NCBI RefSeq assembly: GCF_009914755.1
Contig: NC_060937.1
From: the human T2T-CHM13v2.0 reference genome, Homo sapiens
Length of the DNA stretch: 64,000 nucleotides
Direction: 5' to 3' (one strand)
Shown: positions 54,990 to 64,000 of the stretch, one piece after another
How positions within the stretch are numbered: position 1 is the stretch's first letter
How the letters are laid out: each line of letters opens with the position of its first letter
Translations under genes and position numbers: made by a program
The notes under the pieces: generated by a model
Seen by the model: only the letters and a program-made list of their open reading frames with translations
What the model was told of the DNA's origin: nothing
Databases searched by the model: none

Positions 54990-57873
54990 AATTTCAGATT
55001 CTTTCGATCTAAACTACTTCAGTAGCCTCCTGTTTTCTGCACTTCTATTTCTCCACTTGCAGTTCGTTCTGAAGGTCACAACTTATTAATCTTTCTGAAA
55101 TACTCACCTTTGAGAACTCCAGTCTAAAGTTAACAAGACTTTTCAGTCACTTTTTATTCACATCTTCTACAATTGGCCCCTAAGCCTACCTTTGCAGTCT
55201 TGGCCCTACTTACCTTCAGAGTTCTCTGTTCCAATCAAACTGGCATAAACGTTATCTCTCTGTCCCCTCTTTATTCAGAGAACTCTCCTTCCTTCCTTCA
55301 GAAATCCCTCTGCTTGTAGACTTACTCAAACTTTAACCTCACACAGGCTAGTGACATGTCCACTGTCCTTCACTTCACTTTTAACTATTTTCAGTAATGA
55401 GATGTCCTTCCAAATACTGTTTAAATGTCTTGAAAGTAAAAAATGATGTATTTTATTTCCTTATTAAGCAGAGCATACAGCCTTATTTATAGTAGGTGAT
55501 CAAAATATGGTTGCTGCTGCTTATAATAATATTTTTAAATGGTCTGTCTGAGTTCTGGCCCAGAAAACTTCCCTTAAATCACCCTTCTGAAGGTAGCCCT
55601 CCTGCCCAGAGATGAGATGTCTTTTAAAGAAGTTTTCAGATCTGCTCTATTTCCTATCAACACTACTGCTGTTTGTGATATCATGCACTTGTGGACCAAT
55701 CTATCTTCTGGGCAGACTCTTAGATTTCATCAGAATGAAAACTGATGAAAGATACAGAGATTTTTTTCGCAGATTTTAAAATTCTTGGACTAGACTTGAA
55801 TTTCTGTATATCTCTAGCAACAAAATCTTGGAGAGATGTATAGCAATATATCTCAGAATCTACTAAATCCAAACAGCTTAGTGACTACAGTTAAACTGAG
55901 AAGCTTTGATTCATGAATCCTGTTTTCATGAGACCTCATAATCTGTTATCTGAATATCCAAGCAAGAAAATGCCTCTTTGTCATCAAGTCATAATAGTCT
56001 GTTTTTTCCACTGCCTGCTTGATTTACTTTAACATACCTTTGGTCTTTGTCTTCTTATAGATAAATAAAAATGATTCTTATAAGCCCTACTGGTCCCTTA
56101 AGGTTCTCTATCCATGTTTCATCTGTGCTGCCATGTAATTGCCAAGATTCAATCCAAGCTGATTTAAAAATAAGCTAGGTTATATTTTTAGATAACTTCC
56201 TTAAAAAAGAAACCCAAAATCATAAAGTTGTACTTCTTGAGAAATTCCTATTTTGTTGTGTTTTTTCTTTTATTGAACCAAGGAAAAAGCAAAAAATATG
56301 CTGTTTTCACTTTAAAATACTTCTGCTATTCGTTTAAAAAGGTAAAGGTAAGAAATAACCTCTGCAAAGGAGCGTACTCTCTTCTTTAGGCTCTTTAGGA
56401 CATTTTTAAAGGCTATTTATTGAAAACAAGTCAACAGAATTAAACAAAGGTTTGTACCATTAAGCTCCAGTAAGAAAAGATTTAGTTCAGATGACTACAA
56501 AAATATGTGAATACGGAATATAATATGTTAAAACTTCATGTTTAATTTTCAGACAAGACATACTTAGTTAAATTTTCTAAGTATGTGATATGATATCATC
56601 CAAGGTCATTTGGTTTAAATTCATGATTAAGAAATAGATACCACACTTACTTAAATGTACTGCATTCATTAATTATTGAGCCACATGACTGAGTTGCTAT
56701 TTTAGCTTTGGTTAAAGATTAATTCTAGTTGTTCTTAAACTTTCTTTAAGTCTTCTTACTTTACAATTAAGTGGAAAGATTAGACTTAAAGTTAATTTCT
56801 CTGCCAAATTACAAAGGAAAGAAAATTGATTGCATTAAGCAGAACAATTTTCTTTAACTCAGTCACATTGATCTAAAAATAGGGCAAATGAAAGAAAAGA
56901 TTCTGGTTTATTTGTGTTATTGTAGTTTGGTTTTGTTTTCTTATCAATTACAGCCTTTGTTTCTCTTTCATTATCTTGGAATGGATTACAAAGGTTTCTT
57001 GCTAAATACTTTTTTCCCTGATTTGTATTCTATGAAACATTAGTTTTAAAAATTTGCCCAATCAGTAGAAATTCACATTTCCATTAATTCTTTCCTAAGT
57101 ACTGGTATTTTTGAGCTAAGCAGAATTAATGATAATTTCCAACTAAACATTATAACTCATTTCTCAAAATGAAAATAATTATATTTTAATTTTTTGTATT
57201 AATATTTCAAGTTACACTCCAAATTATTTATTGAATAGCTACTATGTGAAAATGATTTAATAATTCCAATAATACTATGTAAGAAATCCATGTGTAAAGG
57301 AATCTTCATAATTAACAGAACATAAGCTGAAGTAACAGTGAACATCTCTATGAGATGACATTCATGGTATATAATGACTTTTAGCTTCTATATTGATGAA
57401 AATCCTGTGCTCCTTACACTGTCACAAAACAAATACAACCAAATGTGAGTTTCTCTATTTCATGCACTAGCATGTTTTATGTTCTGTCACACTAGAAACA
57501 GTTACAATATTTATATATGACTTGATTGTGTGGGGTGGGTTGAAGGCTATTAAAACTGATGATGAGTGGAGAAAGGTCATTTTCATATGTATTGAAGACA
57601 CACATTCTCAGGTCATAGGATTTGACCTGGGTTGCTTCCAAGATGGGCCAGTTCTGCCTAACTTCTTCAGCTCTTCTCATCTGCAGGTATTACCTTTATT
57701 AAACCTTCAGACTTTGCTCAGCTCAGATACTGAGCCAGTCCTCTCCATAGCAGTCTGCATTCCAATAGGCTCAGGCACATTAATGTATAGGAGCAGGTTA
57801 TAATTAAATCTTGCTGCCTAAATATGTGTGTCTCTCACCTATAGCCTTCCTCTCCAATATACTTCCTTGCCAC

Positions 57874-57895
57874 CACACACACACACACACACACA
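57874..57895. repeat. (CA)n microsatellite
   Basis: CA run. Confidence 0.9.
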
Positions 57896-58560
57896 TATGC
57901 ACCCACACACAATCCTTCCATATGCACCCAGCTCTTATGTCTGAGCTTCTGCTTAATCGTCTGTCCATTTCTTACCCTGGGTTGAAGCCCTGGGCTGAAA
58001 TCTAACTTACTACACTTAGACCCTACTATCCATCTTGGGTCTTGTTAAACTTGAATCTAAAATCTCCCTATCCCTGTAAAAGCTTTAATTTGAACTAAAG
58101 TAGTAGAGAGAGAAACCTACAATATACATATTTCCACTGTCTCTAGAACTGCACATGATTGAATTTGTGCGCTGGCTGGCAGCTGCTGAAGTTGCAGCAT
58201 GATTCAGAGCCAGGCTGCCATGGATATGACATAGCACTGTAATTGGTTTTATTCAAAAGTCTGTGAAAGGCTAGGCTAGCTAGAGACAAAAGAGAAACTT
58301 AAAAGGACTGAATATTTATCTTTGAAAAGGAATATTTTAAGTAATCTTTGTTATTTGTGAGATATTCAGAAGTCACCATAATACTGTACTTTTGCATACA
58401 TAGATGATATTGCTATAATAAACTGAAGAATATGGAAATTGATATGAACATATAAAAATAAATTATGTTTCAAAAGAGAAAGACAACATATAATAATATA
58501 AAACAACTTAAATCATTCTCTTTGTGTACTCATTATTTTGTCTCCAGGAACCCAGAAGAA

Positions 58561-58583
58561 AAAATAAATAAATAAATAAATAA

Positions 58584-58618
<35 letters not shown>

Positions 58619-58620
58619 CA
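58561..58620. repeat. (AAAT)n(TA)n compound microsatellite
   Basis: aaataaataaataaataaataaatatatatatatatatatatatatg. Confidence 0.9.
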
Positions 58621-59682
58621 CGTATCTATATAATCCAAGGTATTTGAGACTCACACAGATCCTAGAAATTTAAACTCAAACTTGGGATAAAAGTCCATTT
58701 TGTGTGTCCTTAGCATACACCCTAAAGAAAAGCAGGATTATCCAAGAATACAGACTCTCCTTTTCCTAAAGCTTTGCCGGCAGAGCTATCTAGAATTTTA
58801 TTGATAATAACAAAATTGAGGTTTTATCACGTTTTATTACCTTCATGAAACATGAAAACCAGGTGAGGATGGGGGTGGTAACTGGAAAAATTATGCACTT
58901 TAACAAGCACACTAATTGCCCTCTTTTAAATCTTCATTCATCCAGACTTTCCAAATCTGGAAACTCTCAGCATCTTTTCCTGAGCTATGCTTTTTATCAG
59001 TGAATAGATTACAGAAGAGATTTTTAAAATAAAATAAAATAGCCTCATATGTTCTGACCTCTTCTGTAAGGGGTTCTGAAAATATGCTTTAAAAATAGGC
59101 ATGAAATATTTTTCTTTCTTTTCTCTCTAGAAGAAGAAAACAGGGGGCAGAAGTTTCCAATGTCCTTTTATTCTAAGTGCTCTGTTTTTATCTGCCAACC
59201 ATGCTTAGTAAAAAAAGGAGACTGATTACAAAATCAGTTCCAAACCCTCTTCTTACTATGAGAACTCGTATGAATCATTGAACTGAAGACTTGGACAGGA
59301 CCCCAGCTGCTTATAGGCAGTAACTCTTCCAGTAGAGATAAAAAGAAAGCTGACACAGAAAAACTTAGACAGAAGCAATTTTAACCCTTTCCTCTCTGGA
59401 AGTAACAATTGAGCCAATTCTGTCTTCATGTTAAAACTAGGCGGGAAGTTTTTCTCCCAAAAAGAACATATAGAAAATATATTTTTTTATTGTAAGCATC
59501 AACTCTCGATTAAAATTCTAACATTTACATGTGACTTGCCATTTTAGAGGCCTATTTTTTAGGCACATGATATTGTTTTTCATCACTTGCTGGTGATTTT
59601 ACATGAGAAATGTTCAACATTATACACCTAACCCCCATCCCCACCATCACTCAAGGACTTGAGTGGAAACTATGGAGTAAAA

Positions 59683-59790
59683 TTCTTCATTCACAAACTT
59701 TTGAGCACAAATCATGTGTCTAACACTATTCTAGGTTCTAGGAACAAAAAGATGAACAAGAGGGATGAGGGAAACTTATTTTTTGCCTTT
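59683..59790 (-). mobile_element. L2 3' end relic
   Basis: ttcattcacaaacttttgagcac...cactattctaggttctagg...gatgaacaag. Confidence 0.55.
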
Positions 59791-60544
59791 ATGATGTGTA
59801 GGATTTTTGTGTCTTTTCTATCCATTTAATAGTTTAGTTCCCATGATGCAAGCCCTGAGAGGTAGTTTCCCTGCTCTAAAGATTATTCCTTTCTTTTCTC
59901 AAAGAAATCTGGAATGCACTTTTTAAAATAAGACACTGAGAAAATGTCACCTTCCACTGAGGTGTCCCAGCCCTGAATGAGTGTGCAAGGTAAGAGTAGG
60001 AGTCAGGAGGAGGTATGGGATTTTAGCTTCTAAAAGGATGCAAAACATTTCCACTGCCCAAAATAGAATAAGGTTCTGAGAAACAATTGCCCTGTTACCC
60101 AGATGTGTGTATGGCCAGAAGATAGAATGGCGGGACCGGCTGTAAATGATCCCTCTATCTCACGCTGCCCTATACCCTTGGGAAGCGGCAGCCTTTCCTG
60201 TACATTACACACTCCCTTACTTGCCTTCTACCTATATACTTCTACTATATACACCTTATATTCCCTTTCTTTCGGAAAAAAAGATGCTGAATTTCTCTGC
60301 AGTCCATGTAACACCTGGAAGACACAATTAGGAATAGGCTGTATTTCAGCACTGTTCTGTTAGGAAAGCTGTTTAGTTTTCCAGAATATCAGGATTTAGC
60401 TGTTCTAGGTGGGAATGGGATTATATTGGCACTTCCCGCTAATTATACCAATAAGGTTTTATTTTGTTTGTTTGTATTTTGTGTTAATTCAGGACATCAT
60501 GAAGTCAATTTTAAAAATTTGGTAATAAAACTGAACATGGTTCT

Positions 60545-60660
60545 TTAATTCAACAAATATTTATTGAGCATCCGCTAAATGCCAATCACTTTTCTGGAAA
60601 AAAAATAGACAAAACAAAACAAACAGACAAAAATCCTCTCTCGGGAAGAGTTTAAATGTG
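60545..60660 (-). mobile_element. L2 3' end relic
   Basis: attcaacaaatatttattgagcatc...acagacaaaaatcctctctc. Confidence 0.65.
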
Positions 60661-61579
60661 TGAAACACGCACACATACACACAGAAACACACACATATAC
60701 TTCTACACATATTGCCAGCACAGCCAGCGTGACTGGTATGTTAACTACATAATGCATTGGTGAACTAAAGAACATCTTTTGAAATGATCAGATTAGCCTT
60801 TTACATAGTAAGTTAGGACTAGCATACGGACTATCATATGAACTCTAAACAAGCAGTGCTCAATACATTAGAGTTTCTTCCCATACCTGCCACCCTCTGT
60901 TTTCATGTTTCTGTTTTCCCATAAGTAATGCCAACCAAAGCCAAAATTGAGAAATTTAAAGGTAATCAGTAACTTTTCTCAGTTCTTTAAAGTGCGCAAT
61001 AATTCAGCTGCCCAGTTTCTCTCAAATCTTTTCACATAAATGCCTTTTCCCAAAATCCTCTTCTCCTTATTACCCTTCCCTTATTTAGTTAACTTGCAAT
61101 TTCTCCTCAGAAATTTTGACCTCCCCTCACTGCATCACTTGAGCTCCAGAGACTCCTCCCTCTAGTCACTAATATCAAAGTTGTCACTTCCTGTGATGTT
61201 GTATAGGGTCTACAATTTTTCTAAAGTGTTGGTTCCCCAAACAGCAGCAAAAACAATCCCGTCTTTGTTAATTCCATGAAGTAACCAGTGTGCAAAATAA
61301 ATGGTTTTTTATCTGTTTGGATTATAGAGTCTGTTATTAAATCTCAATGTGTCATTGCAGTTTCACATTATAAATAGGAGAATTTTTAGTAAAGTCATGA
61401 ACATTAGGTTACTGTGGGCATCTTGTTTCTTTCATGATGCTGACAAAATTTGCAATTTGCTTGTTTATTATTTGCTTGCACTAAATTGGAAGGTCTACTG
61501 TAGCAGAGCCCATTTGCTTCGCTTTGTTTGGTTTGGTTTTATTTTAATTCAACAATATGAGGTCAGAGCCTAACACACC

Positions 61580-61614
61580 TGAATGAATGAATGAATGAAT
61601 GAATGAATGAATGA
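61580..61614. repeat. (TGAA)8 microsatellite
   Basis: tgaatgaatgaa... run. Confidence 0.92.
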
Positions 61615-62128
61615 CACAAACTAAAGACTGATCCCAGGAACCAAGGTTTTGCAACTAGCTAACTGGCCACAAACCCAAAACTAATCAAGTGTCTACTGTA
61701 CCCCACACAGCATGTGGGACAACTGCATTTTGTCTGTCTCTAGAAACATGTATCTCCTTTTCAAACTGTCAGTACTGCTTTTCTTCAGACTAACCAAGAC
61801 AGAAGGAGACATGCAGCAGTAGAGAGACAATAACCACACTCTACATGTTCAAACTTGATGTTGTATCATTTTAGTGTTTGCATAATAAAATCTGCCTAAG
61901 AGTGAATTACGTCAAATACGTATGATTGGTATTTTGCCTGCAGTAGTCCCAGAAATCTTAGAACCTTCAAACCCTTGAGAATCAAAGACAGACACACAGT
62001 GCCAATCACTGGGTTACAGAGAGGGAAGGTTTTCCCATTTCATAGGAAAAACAGCAGGCCTGAAGTGAAGTGATTTGCCCGTAGTCATGGAGTAATCAGT
62101 GAAAACACCAAGTTAACACAAGTTGAGC

Positions 62129-62152
62129 AAAAAAAAAAAAAAAAAAAAAAAA
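62129..62152. repeat. A24 homopolymer within a MIR-like relic
   Basis: 24 consecutive A; flanks cccatttcatagg...gaagtgatttgccc are MIR-like. Confidence 0.85.
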
Positions 62153-62728
62153 GGACTTTTTGTCAAAGAAGCCTGTGTTATTTCCACACACTATTTTCAT
62201 ACTTTTAATTTCCATTTGAATGTTTACATCGGATCCGCTAAAGCTGAATGACAGGGCAAACAAATTTGGCATTGAGTACTACCCACAGAATCAAACATTG
62301 TTTAGTAAAAAATGGTCTGAGATTGATCAACCTTGGTTTAATAGTATTAAAATTCAAAATTTTCTGTAAAGAAACAGAAGACAAGAGAATCAGATGGAAT
62401 CAAAATAATGTTCTTTTTTTAGTTTTTGTAGAACAGGTGTTCTCAATCTCAGATCTACAAGCTCCTGGACTGACTGGATGAACTTGAAAAGTTCATATCC
62501 CTCAAGTCCCTGGAACTGCAAACAAAATTTGGATGAACGTGCAGACATGCAGTTTACTAGAAAGGAGCCAATAACCTTGATAAAATTGTCACAGGGATTA
62601 ATACTACACAAAAATGAGCCAGTAATTACTGCCATGGAAGTTAATACCCAGGCTATCACAACAAGGTCTATTCAGAATTTTTTTAATGTTTATTTTGTTC
62701 AGAAATATGAGGAAAGTATTAGCTGTAA

Positions 62729-63184
<456 letters not shown>

Positions 63185-63458
63185 CCTACACTGTCATTCT
63201 TGCTTGATATGTCAAAGAGTGAGTCCTTCTCCCCACTCCCTATGATGGTTGTACTGGGCCCACTAACTGCTGATGCTTCCTTTGTGACATCTCACTTGGG
63301 GTTGATGGCTCAGCCCCAGGTGGCCCTCCCATGTCCCCATATTGGATGAATAGATTTGGATTTTAGCAGAACTTAGACAGTAGATACTAAAGGGACAGGA
63401 GGAGCAGTGTTGCCATCTTCAGCATATCCTCAGAGCAGCAGTAAAAATGGTAGGAACA

Positions 63459-63775
63459 TGATACGGTTTGGCTATGTCCCCACTGAAATCTCATCTTAAA
63501 TTCCCACATGTTGTGGGAAGGGTCCGGTAGGAGGTAATTGAACCATGAGGGCAGGTGTTTCCCATGCTGTTATCATGATAGTGAATAAGTCTCACGAGAT
63601 CTGATGACTTTATAAGGTGGAGTTTCCCTGCACAAGCTTGCACCTTCTTGTCTTCCACTGTGATTGTGAGGCTTCCCCAGCCATGTGGAACTGTAAGTCC
63701 AACAAACCCTTTTTCCTGCATAAATTACTAGTCTTAGGTATGTCTTTATCAGCAGCATGAAAAGGGACCAATACA
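63459..63775 (+). mobile_element. THE1 (THE1B-like) MaLR 5' LTR
   Basis: tgatacggtttggctatgtcccc...gtgaataagtctcacgagatctgatg...ccagccatgtggaactgtaagtcc...tatcagcagcatgaaa...aataca. Confidence 0.9.
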
Positions 63776-64000
63776 GTGAATTGATACCAGTGGAATGAGC
63801 ACTGGTGAAAAGATACCTGAAAATGTTGAAGCAACTTTGAAACTGGGTAACAAGCGGAGATTGGAAGGGTTTGGAGGGCTTAGAAGAAGATAGGAAATGT
63901 AGGAAAGTTTAGAACTCCCTAGAAATTTGACGAATGACTTTGAACAAAATGCTGATAATTATATGGACGATGAAAACCAGGCTGAGGTGGTATCAGATGA
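63776..64000 (+). mobile_element. THE1 internal sequence (continues past window end)
   Basis: gtgaattgataccag...aagatacctgaaaatg...gaaactgggtaac...ggagggcttagaagaag...caggctgaggtgg. Confidence 0.88.

Larger units (their letters stand above)
54050..55510 (+). mobile_element. Degraded L2 interrupted by AluJ and MADE2
   Basis: cctgaactccag...gacatttctacttg...aaaattgaactc; tctaaactacttcagtagcctcct; ending atagtaggtgatcaaaata. Confidence 0.5.

Noticed and set aside
63776-64000. Possible G-to-A excess in THE1-int
   Set aside because: Several G>A differences from my recalled consensus, but the segment is short and G-rich with many other substitutions; not supportable without an alignment.

Overview
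This is non-coding primate (human/ape-like) genomic DNA. It is AT-rich and CpG-depleted with no CpG island, and I found no credible protein-coding gene, tRNA, rRNA or CRISPR array. The supplied ORFs are chance ORFs or translations of repeats (antisense Alu, L1 ORF1/ORF2, L2 RT). The window is a mosaic of interspersed repeats: about 17 Alus (J, S and Y ages), old L1 and HAL1 pieces, L2/L3/MIR relics, ERV1/ERVL/MaLR LTRs, hAT/mariner DNA transposons and microsatellites, several of them nested. It looks like intergenic or deep intronic/lncRNA sequence. I found no evidence of a new biological system. The most unusual items are molecular fossils: an Alu with a precise 85-nt 5' inversion (twin-priming-like), an ERV1 LTR with apparent APOBEC3-type G-to-A hypermutation, an LTR9 with tandem octamer motifs, a J/S chimeric Alu that may mark a deletion, closely spaced inverted Alus, and two candidate minus-strand non-coding exons. 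Repeat family names come from remembered consensus sequences, and boundaries of old repeats are approximate; RepeatMasker/Dfam should confirm them.
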